Assembly: GCF_009914755.1 (NCBI RefSeq)
Contig: NC_060936.1
Source: the human T2T-CHM13v2.0 reference genome, Homo sapiens
DNA: 64,000 nucleotides
Direction: 5' to 3' (one strand)
Made by a program: the position numbers and the translations under genes. The first letter of the stretch is position 1. Each line of letters begins with the position of its first letter. The notes under the pieces were generated by a model. The model ran no database searches. It had not been told where the DNA came from and was given only the letters and a program-made list of their open reading frames with translations. Shown one piece after another: positions 51,194 to 64,000 of the stretch.

Positions 51194-52356
51194 CAGCCCT
51201 TCCTTCACCTCCCCAGCCCCAGCTAAGAAGATGGACCCTCATGGTATGGGCAAGAAATTTCAGGATGAGATAATGCCAAGTCTGATTTTTCTCCAATTTG
51301 TGTAAATTCAACGGAAATTTCAGGCTGCTGCTTCGAGTAGAAATAAGCTCTAATTATCCTTTTGATTTTCATATCATTTTCAATAAGTCAGCAGTGCTAT
51401 TGCGGTCAATCAACCGGAAATCAGGGAAAGAAATCTCACATTTTCTGTGCCTTCCTTATTGTTTTAAGCGTGCTTCTGAAATGCTTTAAAATCATTGTCT
51501 TCAGAGTGTTTGTTAGTGCAGAGAAAAAAGGAGAGGATCTGGAATGGTTAAGCATACTGTTGTCTGTGATTTATCAAACCACACACGCAGACTTACTATT
51601 GAAGGAGAGACAATACCATCTAAACCAGCATGGGAGTTATTGTTTGATTTGATACTGAGCTTTTCTGTGTTTATTGGTCATCTTTGGTCTCATGAAAAAT
51701 TTATTCTATGTCTAAGGGAGCTCCAATATAAATAAACACTAGAAATACATTTGTAGGAGGCTGTTCTCTAGAATAACTCAGTATTGCTCTCTGCATGGGG
51801 CATCACCTGCTGAATAAACCCAAAACCATCATCTGGGGAGTCGCTCTAGGTAAACTTCCTTGAGGTAAGCTGTGCTGTAGAGATAGGAACCTCTAATCAT
51901 GTTTCAAATACTAAACATACCAGTGTGCTTTTCTTTTAAAAAGAGGAATCCTATTCACTTGACTTTATTTGTTTTTGAAAAAAAAAAATGAACCCTTTAT
52001 TTGGAGAATATTTTAGAAATTTAGGGCAAGGAAAATATTCTGCTCCTAGATGAGTGCTTTTGCTTGTATGATCCTGCACTGACAGTGAACAATACAGTAG
52101 ATGAATTACTGATTTATTTATTTAAAAGCGAATGCACTGGATTTAAAAACAGCTTGCCTACAACAAAGAAATATGCCCCTTAAGGTTATTTAGTCCATTT
52201 ATTGCTGATACTAATTAAACAATGACCTAGGCTTTTCACAGAGTGATTACTCTTAATGAAAAATTAACTATGGTCTCCTAATAAAGATAGCACACAAAAC
52301 AAGTTGTACAGAGTGGTGTGACCTGACCTAGGATATCGCGTGTAAGTGTGACAGCT

Positions 52357-52371
52357 CCTGTAGATGGCAGT
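52357..52371 (+). promoter_or_regulatory. Candidate CTCF site
   Basis: CCTGTAGATGGCAGT has one mismatch to the CCASYAGRKGGCRS core and lies in locally CpG-retaining unique sequence. Confidence 0.4.
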
Positions 52372-53638
52372 GGAGCACTTCCGCAAATGCTTTGGCCTGG
52401 CGTTCTGGGCCTGGGGTTGAGGGATGCAAAGGATAAAAGCTGCAGCAAGAGCAGGCGTGCCCTCCAGCCAGCAAGTTAACTAAGCTGCTGGTTCACTACT
52501 GCACTTCATAGTCGCCCTCTAAATGATTTTTTTCTGAACTCAGCAAAAGTACAAAGTGTTCCTGCCTGCACCCCAAATTGTCCTTTTAGTGAGGTAGGTT
52601 TTTATGTTTTATGCTTTCTATTTTTTGAATTTCAGAGTTATTTTGGAGATCTGACCTAAACATTCCTCTTCTTGAATTGCAAAAGCAATTAGCTTAGCTG
52701 CTCACACTCTTAAAGAGAGAATAAAAATCTCCTAAATGGAGACAATCGTAAACTACATCTGTCATACAAGTCAATGCAGCACAATCCAAAATAAAGATCT
52801 GTCAGCATAAACTATAACCAGATTTCATAGTCCTTAACTTTTTCTCTTGCTTGGATTGTTTTCCTTCTTTCCTTTTCTCTTAAGCCTTTTATTAAAAACT
52901 GTCCTCCGCTATGCTCACAGGAGCTACATGACTGAAATTGGAAAAGCAATCTAGCAATCACAGATTTAGGTAATTTTTAATGAAATTAAGATATTATATC
53001 GATTATTTTTGTCATTGTTTTGGCCTTTGAAGCTCAATCAGCGTTATATTCTATTATAGAGGAATGGTTGTTCTGAAAGAATTTGTGGAGTTGTGCCTGT
53101 CATTTCAGGATGAATTTCCTCGCTCAGCTCCCCCAAATTTCCCATTCTTTCAGCAGCAAGAGGGAACACTGCATGCACAGTGTTAACTTCACACATTCCT
53201 GACATACTTGCTACATTAACAGAGCTATGTTCCAGGGAATTGAAATATCTATTGTAACTGTAGGAAGGGCTTTCTTCCCATAACTTTTACCTTGTACCCA
53301 GAAAATGTATGTCAAGAATCAAGAAATGGCAAGTTTAGATATGGATGATGCATAGGAATCTGTTGTTGATATAGTTGGTATGGAAATTGTATAGGCAGAA
53401 TTCTGCATATAGTAGGAATCATTTTGTTGAATAAATGAAAGCTAAAATGGAAGTAAAAATTAGAATAAACCCAGGGCAGAAGAAACAGTGACTAGTTTTC
53501 TGAAAGCTCAGGAAAATATCAAAAATATTTGAAAAAAAATGGAAATTTAAACCTTACGAGGCCAAAAAGGTCCTGGGCTTATGCTCTTAGGTATAGGAAG
53601 AGGGCTAAAGAGGTGAGCAAAGAACATGAGAAGATATT

Positions 53639-53894
53639 GGCAAGTGCTATGGCTCATGCCTGTAATCCTAGTGACTCAGGAGACTGAGGCTGGAGGATCA
53701 CTTGAGACCAGGAGTTTGAGACCACCCTGGACAGCATAGTGAGACCCCACCTCTAAAATAATAATAATAATAATAACAATAATAATAATAATAATAATAA
53801 AAGTAGCCATGTGTGGCTGATTCCTGTAATTCCAGACACTGGCCTCTAGCCTGGACAAAGAATGTGATTCTCTCACAAAAAGAAAAAAAAAAAA
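53639..53894 (+). mobile_element. AluJ-type SINE with a (TAA)n-expanded linker and a deleted right-arm interior
   Basis: Left arm GGCTCATGCCTGTAATCC...GAGACCCCACCTCT, then (TAA)n at 53757-53800, a shortened right arm and an A-tail. Flanks AAGATAT / AAGATAT. Confidence 0.88.
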
Positions 53895-54845
53895 GATATG
53901 TTTGAAAAGATGAGGGAAGGGCATGTCAATATGCATCAGAGGAGATTAGCAAAGAGCTAATGACCTGGTGCTACACTGAGTGGTTAAAAGAAGATTAGGG
54001 AAGGGAATCTGGAAATTATGGAAGACAGGATGCAATTACACAACCAAAAATGAGGCCCAGAGGAGAGAAGGATCAAGAGATACAAGGGTGGGGAATGGTG
54101 TGTAACTTCATCAATTAGGTATCATAGCAGGTCTTCTATCGTAAAGCCAATGCTTTCTTTTCAAGACTTCAGATGAAGGTGCATTTGTGTGGAGTAAGGG
54201 CTCATAAAAGGGAATAGTGCATTCTTTATTTTATGATAAAGAAACAAAAACCAAAACAAAATCATCCTCAATTGCTCTGATGTTCTAAAATAGATGATAC
54301 TTTCTGTAAGCCAAAGGCCTGATTAAATTTGTACCAGTTTAGAATTGCTGACCAATAGGAAGCCAATTAAAAATTGCCAGGACCTCCCCCAAACCAGGTA
54401 CAAGATTAAATTTCTTGTCTTCTTTGATCATTTTGTTGGTCATTGATGATGAAAACATTACTAATGTTGGTCATTGTCCTTATTGGTCATTGATGGTGAA
54501 AACATGAACCCAGTAGAAAGCAAGAGCCCTCAGTAACAGGTACATGACAATTGGACATAGCCCATTTAATGCTACCATTTTGAAGGGTACAGCTTTTGAT
54601 GCCATGACAGTTTTATATAGTATTTTTTAGACACTCCTTAACATTAAAAATTTTAAACTACTAAATATTGAGGTCACTTGGCATTCTAACCCCAACTGAC
54701 CATCTCACTCAATATTTACCTAAGGCCCAAAGACAAGATGAGGCCTCAGAATGGAGTAAGCCTCAGGCATTGGGTAGACCCGTTATGGAGTGAGAGGTAG
54801 GGCAAAGAGGGAGTTAGAAGTAGGGTGGGAGAAAGAATTGATTGA

Positions 54846-55806
54846 TGAAGGGGTGGCCTGACCCTCCACACCTGTGGGCTTTTCTCATCGGGTGGGATGA
54901 GAGACTGAGAAAAGAAAGAGACACAAGAGACAAAGTGTAGAGAAAGAAAAGTGGGCCCAGGGGACCGCGCTCAGCATACGGAGGACTCGGGCCAGCACCG
55001 GTCTCTGAGTTCCCTCAGTATTTATTGATCATTATCTCTACCATCTCGGAGAGGGGGATGTGGCAGGACAATAGGGTAATAGTGGGGAGAGGGTCAGTAG
55101 GAAAACATGTGAACAAATGTCTCTGTATCATAAACAAGGTTAGAAAATGTGCTGTGCTTTGATGTGCACATACATAAACATATCTGGTGCATTAAAGAGC
55201 AGTATTGCTGCCAGCATGTTTCACCTCCAGCCTTAAGGCAGTTTTCTCCTATCTCAGTAGATGGAACATACAATCGGGTTTTACACCGAGACATTCCATT
55301 GCTCAGGGACAGGCAGGAGACAGATGCCTTCCTCTTATCTCAACTGCAAAGAGGCCTTCCTCTTTTACTAATTCTCCTCAGCTCAGACCCTTTACGGGTG
55401 TCGGGCTGGGGGACAGTCAGGTCTTTCCCTTCCCACGAGGCCATATTTCAGACTATCACATGGGGAGAAACCTTGGAAAATACCTGGCTTTCCTAGGCAG
55501 AGGTCCCTGCTGCTTTGTGTTTTGTGTACCTGGGTACTTGAGATTAGGGAGTGGTGATGACTTTTAACAAGCATGCTGCCTTCAAGCATTTGTTTAACAA
55601 AGCACATCCTGCATAGCCCTAAATCCATTAAACCTTGAGTCGACACAGCACATGTTTCTGCGAGCACAGGGTTGGGGGTAGGGTTACAGATTAGCAGCAT
55701 CACAAAGCAGAATAATTTTTCTTAGTACAGAACAAAATGGAGTCTCTTATGTCTACTTCTTTCTACATAGACAGTAACAGTCTGATCTCTCTTTCTTTTC
55801 CCCACA
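54846..55806 (-). mobile_element. HERV-K(HML-2) solo LTR, LTR5B-like
   Basis: The minus strand starts TGTGGGGAAAAGAAAGAGAGATCAGACTGTTACTG and ends GGCCACCCCTTCA; 961 bp. Perfect 6-bp TSD GATTGA at 54840-54845 and 55807-55812. Confidence 0.95.
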
Positions 55807-56034
55807 GATTGAGCCTCGGGATGGAATAACTGTGAGATGTGTTTGTTGCATTCGCATATACAGGTATGTCAAATGACTGACTAAAAAAGATCAGTCTAAA
55901 TGTCCTGCTTTGTTCTAGGATATTTTAGGTTGACCTCAGTGGGATAATTCATGTTGTGCCAGGCCATTTTATGCTTGAGTTTAAACTAACTTTCATGATG
56001 GATAACTTAAGTTTGCATTTTTTTTTAGCATTCT

Positions 56035-56380
56035 ACGTTTTCCTCCTCCCCTCTTTTCTTCTTTCTTTCCTTTGTCTTCCTTCATGCTTCCCTTTTTTCC
56101 ATCTCTTACTTCCTTTTAAATGATTTCCTTCCCTTCTTCCTTTCTCCTCTCTGTCTCCTTTCATTCTTTCCTCCTTCCTTCCCTCATTAAGTCCCTTCTT
56201 CCCTTTCTTCTCTCTTCCCTCCTTCTCTCTTTCTTTCTCTCCTGTTTTCTTCTTAATTTTCTTCTTTTCTCTCTCCCTCATTCCTCTTAATTTCTTTCCT
56301 TACTACTTTCTTTTCTTCCTCAGTTTCTTCTTTCCTTCTTTCCTCCCTCATTCTCTCTCCCTCTTCCTCTCTTCCTTTCA
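56035..56380. repeat. CT-rich polypyrimidine low-complexity tract
   Basis: About 350 bp of almost exclusively C and T; this explains the R/K/E-rich ORF 56033-56281(-). Confidence 0.9.
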
Positions 56381-59300
56381 TTCAACTTTTATTAATTGCA
56401 CACTGTGTGTTAGGCACTTTGCTAAGCACTCAAGAAAAATTTACATCCTTGGAGAAATATTAAAAGGTGGAGTGATGGGCAGATTGAATTTTTTAGATGA
56501 GTCAAAGAATTTCTTTCCAATCCATCACACCCTATTTATTCCGCACATTTAAGAAAAGTCATTTAAAAGATAATCATCATTTAGGATCTCCACAAAAGTT
56601 TTTCCACTTACAGTAATGGAACAAATGCTATTTATATTTAGAGTTATAATTACACACAGGGATTAAAGTTATTGTCTTGTGATCTCTCATTTTTGTGTTC
56701 CCAAGGTTTCAGTGGAGGTGAGAAAGTCTAAAATAGGAAGTCATAAGCCAAAAAAAAAAAAAAAAATCCTTGAGGAGCCTTTGTGCTTAAACTGGTGGCT
56801 TAATGTAGGGTGATAGGCTTTTAGGAGTACAGATTTGCTCAAAAGTTAATTTAAAAGAAAAAAGTCAAGCCCGTTACCATTCTGGAAGCCTAGCCTCTAT
56901 GCAATCTGAAAATCACAAAGCCCAAACATTACATTTAATCCTCAGACATTTCATGACTATTAAAATATTTACAAAGAAATATCTGATTAGTTCTTACTTT
57001 AAAACTTTTGTACTCCTATCATTTTTACCAGCCATCCTAATTGCCTGGGTTATTTTTCAGTGAAAGGCTTGGAGCTGGGTACAACAGGTCTATTCTGTCA
57101 TGCCACCAACCCAATCAAGTTGCTATTACACTACTTCTAAGTAGCATTGATAGCAACCACTGTTCATATCATGGCATGTGAAGCCCTTTCACATATATTA
57201 ATTCACTTAATACCTAAAGAAGTCCTGTGGGGTGGGTATTACTACAGATAATTTTATAGAGTATGTAGCTAACCTAAGCTCACATAGGTCAACAGAGGTG
57301 CTGGACCTTGACCACAGATCTACTCTAAGTCAGTGTGGTATTTTCAAATGGGATTCCTGCCCCTCATTGGTTTGATTATTGACAACTCCAGGATGAACGT
57401 TACTGTGGCATGTCATTTAAGTCCATTAAACACATTATAAATGCACTCATAGGTCTATGTGGTGTTCTCTTTGCTGCCATCCTGTTTCTGGGCCCATCCT
57501 GGGAGCCATAACCTGTCCAGAGTCTTAGGCTTCCTGCCTGCTCCCTGGGCCAGCACCTTCAGAGTCCTTCTCAGTTTTGGTCTCTGAGTTCCAGCATCAT
57601 TTTACTAGCTGCCTTAAAACATGAAGACTTTAAGACCTGCCTGTTTTATACACATGGTGAGTATCATCATCCATATATCCTTAAGATGATCCAGAAGAAT
57701 GGAAACTAAGTCTAAGAGACCAGCAGAGTATTGGGAGGCAAGGGTCAAAATTTGAAGACTTGATGTTGAAATGTTCTGATTTATTCTCCTAGTGGCCATT
57801 TAGTGTTTCTTTTGGTGGTTACACAAAACCATATGAGACTTGCTTAATTTAGCTACCTTCCATTAAGATGATTCCATACATACTGAGATGATACCAAGGC
57901 CAAGGAATTATTTTAGTTACTTTCACAATACACTAATTAATCATTTTGCCTGGAAAAAGCTCCTTATTCTAAAGCATAATCATACAATAGCTTTTTCAGC
58001 AAAATTTAATGAAAACTTTTGTCTAGAGGCTTTGGTACCCATGGGTACCCATATCTATTAAGGATCAGTTTATTCCTGAATATAATAATGAATGAATATT
58101 AAAATTAATTTCTCCCTAATGTGACATATTTTACTTCTGCAGATAGACCATAAAGTAAATTTTGCTATGTAGCTCCAATCATTTGCTCATTTATTAAAGA
58201 TTTATTGTGCACTTGCTAGGTTCAGGGTTTTAGGCTATGCCCTGGAGATATGAAGATGAACCAAACCATCTCTTCCTTCTAGGAGTTCATAGTCTAACTG
58301 GTAGGAGATGGATTATCAGGGAATAAACACAGATGTGCTGTCACTCACTAGTATGTGACCTGGAACAGACTTTGATGGGATGCATTATGGTAACCTTCAT
58401 GTTGGGGGACAATTCTCTATGGATCTCTCTCTCTGCATGTCTTGTTAGCAGAAGCAATGACAACCTTTTGCTCTGAATTATCTTTTCAAGGATGTTTTTT
58501 GGAGGGAGAACAGCCTTGGAAGATAGGCATAGTGTTTTTCTATGGAGCAGAGAGCAGATTTGCTTATTTTCCATAATAATAATGTGTCCTTTTGGGGCAA
58601 AGTTCAGGGTAGGTTTGCTGGCAGTACATTACAAAATAATTGGATTCCTAAGCCCAGGATTCCTCAGCTGTGTAACACAAACTCACTGCACACTCAGCAT
58701 CTACCTCAACTGCTCCACATTAGCTCCATGCAGCTGGAGGGCTGGGATAGAGAGGGTGACTGGCGTGAACATGAAGCTCATGATGCTTGCCATGCTATGA
58801 GTTATGAGTTATACACTTTGTCACCAACCCAAGAGTCTCGATTTGTCTGCCCCAGGGTCTATGAAACTGTAGCTGGTTAACTTCTTAACTTATACATAGG
58901 GAAAAACCTCAGACCTTTAACATTTCTTGACATTTCAATCTCTGAATTTGGAATACATTCAAATATCATAATTTTTCTAAGAGAACCTGCTGGAGAACTA
59001 TATTGTCTAACTTTCCATTTGTGCCTCATTTTTAGTCTTGAGTGACTGTGTCTTCATCTTTGCCCATGTGAAATGAAAGTCTGGGCTGCTGAACTTATCT
59101 AAATGGACTCTGCTCTTTCCTGAAGAGCTGGGCTGTAACACAAACATTTGGAAAGGGAAATTAAATCACATTGTAGTAAAATAACTGCAATGTTCTCATT
59201 TGTTAATGGTCAGAGTCATTTGTAATTTAGTCTATAGTATCATAAGAAATATCTGCCTTTATTCTACTCAGAGGTACAGAATGACAAATTAAATAAATAA

Positions 59301-60379
59301 AATGTGAGTGCGTTAAAACAAAGGAGTAAAAAAAATAACAAAACATTGCTTTCACCTTATTATTAATGCACAACTCAGGAAAATAAAATTGATTTTTAAA
59401 AATCAAGTGTAATAGAACAATATCAGATTTTGCAAATCAGTGGTCATTTGCAACTCACCAAGAATATTGGGCTTTATTTCTTTATTTGAGCCAACACGAC
59501 AGTATGTGTCAAGTTTCAGATATCCTCATGTAGAACATATGAAAAATCTTGCATTTTCATAAAAATTACAGTCTTTTTAGGTATTTTAGGTAAAAAATGT
59601 GGCTCTGACCAGTGCACAGAAAAGATATGCTGATCAGGATAGACAGACCAGTCATATCATTTATTTAATTACCAAAGAAAGCAACATAATGCATACACTT
59701 TAGTAAACTAAATGACTCCAGGAGTCCAAGAAGAAGAAATAAAGAAATAGTGGTGAAGCAGAGGGCACTGACATTGGTTGCTAATTGTTGTATGTCCTAT
59801 GGAGATAAATAGAGATGGCCCCAATCTCTGCATTTTCAACCAGCACTGCTGATATTGTGGCTTTTCTGAAGAAGCTCTACAATCAGTTTCAGCTGGGGAA
59901 TTGGCCCCACTATTTCTGTAGTTTCCTATGATAGAGATTTTGTTTCCAAACGCAGTGAACTGGAACTAATGAAAGGGGAGCCTCAGTGACTCCCTTTGTG
60001 CATCTAGCCCAAGACCCTTGACCAGGAACAGGCCAAGGGACTCTTTTGACTTCTTTCGCCAGGGCCAAACCTTCATCTTCGGCAGGAGTTTTATTATCTT
60101 TTGTGTGGTCCAAAAGATTAATCCAAGGGAAAGAAAGTTCTGCTTGCAGCCTTCAACAAAGTAGACTCCAGTCACCTATTCTAAGCTTCTTTTTCTCTGT
60201 TCTCCCTTGAGTTCTTGGGACTTGGGGAACAGAAGGAAGAATATTTTTCTTCCTGGAGAATCTGTACAGTTGGCTCATAGTCCACCTGCTCCAAGGGAAG
60301 AGGTAAAATAGAGAAAAAGCAATAGAAAGTAAACCAAAAGGAAGAAGTAAGGATCCAAGATAGAGAAAAATGAAGCCAG

Positions 60380-60572
60380 AGAGAGAGAGACAAAGGCAGG
60401 GAGGGAGGATGAGAGAAAGGAGTTTGGGGGAGAGAGAGAGAGAGACAGAGAGAGAGAGAAACACACACACGTGCCTACACACACACACAGAGACACAGAG
60501 ACAGAGAGAGACAAAGAGAGACACACACACACATGTGCATACACACACACACACACACACACACAGAGAAAC
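60380..60572. repeat. Compound (GA)n/(CA)n microsatellite
   Basis: Directly visible; explains ORFs 60153-60609. Confidence 0.92.
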
Positions 60573-61519
60573 AGAAACTGCTTATTTCATTGAAAACTCC
60601 ACTCCCTAGTATTATGATCCAATTGGATGTCCTCGATTTGTGCTAGACAATCTGCCTTTTGTGTGCCATATCTGAATCTTGAGCTCCTCCTGCAGAAAAC
60701 TGCTTAATCCAATGACTTATCTGAGAGGTTACTGTTCCCCTTAAAGGACAAGGTAATCACAGGGTGAGATGTCTTGTATATGCCTTTGAAAAAGCACTGC
60801 TACGTCGTCATCATTGCTTTTGTATATCTTCTAGACCTAGGTAGTGAGCAGTTCATATTTCCAAGTCACTTCATAAATATCTTTTAATTATTTTCTTCAG
60901 AAGCCTCCAAAACATAACAGAATATTCTTTTAATTAAACGTAACCCAGGACAAGATACTGCCTTTATTATATAATCAGGCAAACTCCTCGGCTCCTCATA
61001 TCCCATTATTAAGTTAATCCTTTGTTCTCATGGAGAAATCAACCCCTTCCCTCAAAAATGAATCTCTTCTTGTTCCCCCAAAGAAATTAGTGTACTCAAG
61101 GATGTAAGAAAGTAATTCAAAATAATTGCTTTTCAATTTTCCTTTTTCTTATTTTTCTCAATATCCATGAAAGGGGCTTCTCTCAGCAGCCTGGTTGGAA
61201 TCTCATTCTCATCTTTGGCACTTTCTGCCTGGGGTACCCATGGGTGCATCTGTAGTTCCTTCTGAATCTCTGAAAGTAGATTAATTTTACTCCAACTCTT
61301 TCATATACTTCGCTTTTCCAAAGTTCCACAGGGGCAACAAGATGCAGAGGACCTCCTCAATGCAAAGTCCATACCTGCAACATTTGGGAAACTCAAGCAC
61401 ATTTCCTAAAAACACGTGGCAATGCACTAATTTACAATATAGGCCTGAATCCCCATAAATCAAAGCTTTTCCCAGGCAAAGGTAATTTTTCCAGGATCCA
61501 TTACGTGTTACATTCTAAT

Positions 61520-61650
61520 CTGTGGTTCTCAACCCTGGCCATACATTGAAATTATGTGGGGGGTTTCTAAAAAATATTGCTTTCCAGGCCTCACCTCAAA
61601 GCAGCTAGATATATGGGAGTGGGACCCAGATATTGATACTTTTTAAAGTT
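61520..61650. mobile_element. MER5-like MITE fragment
   Basis: GTGGTTCTCAACCCTGGC..ACATT.AAAT...CCAGGCCTCACC...GTGGGACCCAG...TTTTTAAAG. Confidence 0.6.
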
Positions 61651-62209
61651 TGGAAAAGTCACTGATGGAAGCACAACCTTAATCTATTTCTAGCTGTAAA
61701 TTATAACAGATTAAATTATCTGGGAAAAAGGGATAGGCTGAAAAAGGAGAGGGAGAAGTAGGGAACTCATGATTTCAACTCTTCTAGGGTCCGCTGAATC
61801 CATGACAGTTACCCAGGATCCACTGCCTGCAAACTTAGAAATTAAAACTTATTTTGGATAAGCTTCCAATGAAGAGGTTCCTTGTACACTAAGCTTCTTA
61901 TATTTCCAAAGGGAAAACAAGCCTTGAAGAGCCCCATGTTGCTAGGGAGTCCAGTGCAGTGAAGGCCAGGTCTGGCTGAGCAGTCAGGTCCCTGGGCTTC
62001 TCCCCTTATTATATTATTTTTCAGAGAAGGAGAAAAGAAAACAAAAAATAAAACTAAGTGTGGTGGGATTTATTAATAATGAAATGTGTTAATAAAAGAT
62101 ATTTGTCAGAGGAAGAAAATAGTAAAATCTTTCCTTCCTTAAAAGTTTGCATTTAAAGTTGAAATGGTTTCCATGCTTAATGAAAACTGTCTTATCTTTC
62201 TTAGCTATG

Positions 62210-62510
62210 TTTTTTTTTTTTTGAGACAGAGCCTGGCTCTGTCACCCGGGCTGCAGTGCAGTGAAACAATCTTTGTTCACTGCAGCCTCCAACTCCTGGG
62301 CTTAAATGATCCTCCAATCTCAGCCTCCTGAGTAGCTGGGACTACAGGCATATGCCACCATGCTTGGCTAATTTATTTATTTATATTTTTTGTAGAGATG
62401 GGGCCTTGCCATGTTGTCTAGGCTGGTCTTGAACTCTTGGACTCCAGCAATCTGCCTGCCTCAGCCTCCCAAAGTGCTGGGATTGCAGGTGTGAGCCACT
62501 GTGCCTGGCT
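62210..62510 (-). mobile_element. AluJ SINE
   Basis: Poly-T, GAGACAGAGCCTGGCTCTGTCACCC...CACTGCAGCCTCCAACTCCTGGGCT; J-type diagnostic segments. Confidence 0.93.
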
Positions 62511-64000
62511 TCTCTTATTGTCTTATACATCAAAACAAATAATGCACAAACATACAAAAATATTCACCTTTGAATCCCATGCCTTCCCAAGATTACTGGC
62601 AATATTATCCATTCTTTTATGTTCGTTCAGAAACAGGACTTTGTGCTCTTTCTTACTGACAGAGAACTACACTAGTGGGGTTCACTTGCCTCATGTGCTG
62701 GGAGAAGAAACGTAGAAGGCCCTCCTCAAAATGTCTCAGGTCCTCTGTGCGGGGCCATGTTCATCACAGAGTTTACATGTGGATTCCAAACGTCTTACTG
62801 TGACTGTCAATAACACCCTTTCATGAGTTGGAAACTTCCTATTATTGCAGAAAAGATGAGGCAAAACAATCATTTCTCACCCTTTCCTTTCAAGAGAAAT
62901 GGCTCAGCAGTTGCAAAATTCATTCCTGCACAACTATGGGCCTGTAATACCCTTGATTGGTTTGGTAGATTTATCTGCTGACAGACCATAATTGAGGAAA
63001 ACATTGATTAATTGATCTCTGACTGGCTTGTGAGGTGCTATATAGCAATAAGGAATATGTGGTATGTAGATCAGCTTTTAATTATTTTTGTTTAGGTTCC
63101 TGTCAGATTAAATAAGTGGCTAGGCAGTATTATCATTGATCTGTGGCACTGGAAGAAATAGTTCACAATACATGCTGAAGATTTAGAAATGGTTCATCCT
63201 ACAAGTTTAGAATGCATCTTTGCCTTATAAAGCTTTGACCTATGTAAAATCCAGATTATGCTAACAAGTTCAATTTGTGCAAAGCTTTGCAGCTTACAAA
63301 TCATTTTCTCATGCATCATCCTACTTGGCCCTCATGACAAATCTGAGAGGTAGGGTGGGCAGGTGTTACTATTCCTCCTTTACAAGCAAAGACAGTAAGG
63401 CTAAGAGATTTCCCCCATCCCCACCCCAAGTAATAACACCTTATTTTAATTTGCAGAGTATGGAAAGCAAAGGAAAATTAGAAATTATTTAGCAAATTCT
63501 AGCTGGTTAAGCATGTGGAAGGCATTAATCACCACCCCAAACAACATCATACTCATCAATATTGTTTCTTACCATTAAATGTGCTGAAATAGAAATTGCT
63601 ATTTTGACAATGTGAAGTATTATTACAAGGATTTGAGTTTGCTAAAAGGCCTTATCTCCTTCAATTTGATTACTGTGTACAGGAAAAGCTCAAGATAATA
63701 ACCCATTAACCACAGTTATTAAAGGTTTTCCCGCTGTATTTGCAAAACTCATGAAAAAAAAATCGTTATTGACAGAACTAGCCAAAAATTAGTACAGATC
63801 CTTGACACTCAGGGAAACAGAGGTCAAATATAGAATATTAATATTGAACAACATGTGTACTATACAATCAAAGAAGAATTACTGAGCATTTTCATGCCCA
63901 GAAGTATGCTGAGTGCTGTGGGAATTTAAAACAAGCTCCTCACCCAGACAGTTTACAATCTAGTTAGGTGTTTACCATTGAATAATCTATGCAGATCCCA

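Noticed and set aside
60153-60609. Overlapping ORFs rich in CV/SL/HT/ER
   Set aside because: Produced by (CA)n/(GA)n microsatellites that lack stop codons.

Overview
This is primate genomic DNA, probably from a great ape or human. The evidence is Alu J/S elements, a young L1PA2-type insertion and an HML-2 (HERV-K) LTR5 solo LTR. The sequence is AT-rich, CpG-depleted and looks intergenic or deep-intronic. I find no supportable protein-coding gene. The short ORFs are chance frames, Alu or microsatellite frames, or the C-terminus of L1 ORF2p (5935-6279, minus). Much of the window is layered transposon fossils: MIR, L2, CR1/L3, old L1M, hAT and Tigger MITEs, MaLR/ERVL/ERV1 solo LTRs and six Alus. 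Several stretches without recognisable repeats retain CpGs and may be regulatory. I did not find a new multi-gene biological system. The most interesting items are small: a tailless 5'-half tRNA-Gly(TCC) retrocopy with a target-site duplication (TSD), an unexplained 57-bp dispersed duplication with a hairpin, a young L1 with a perfect 17-bp TSD, intact LTR5B and MLT2A1 solo LTRs, and a candidate CTCF/CRE block. Repeat subfamily names come from my recollection of consensus sequences and need RepeatMasker/Dfam confirmation. Boundaries without a TSD are approximate.
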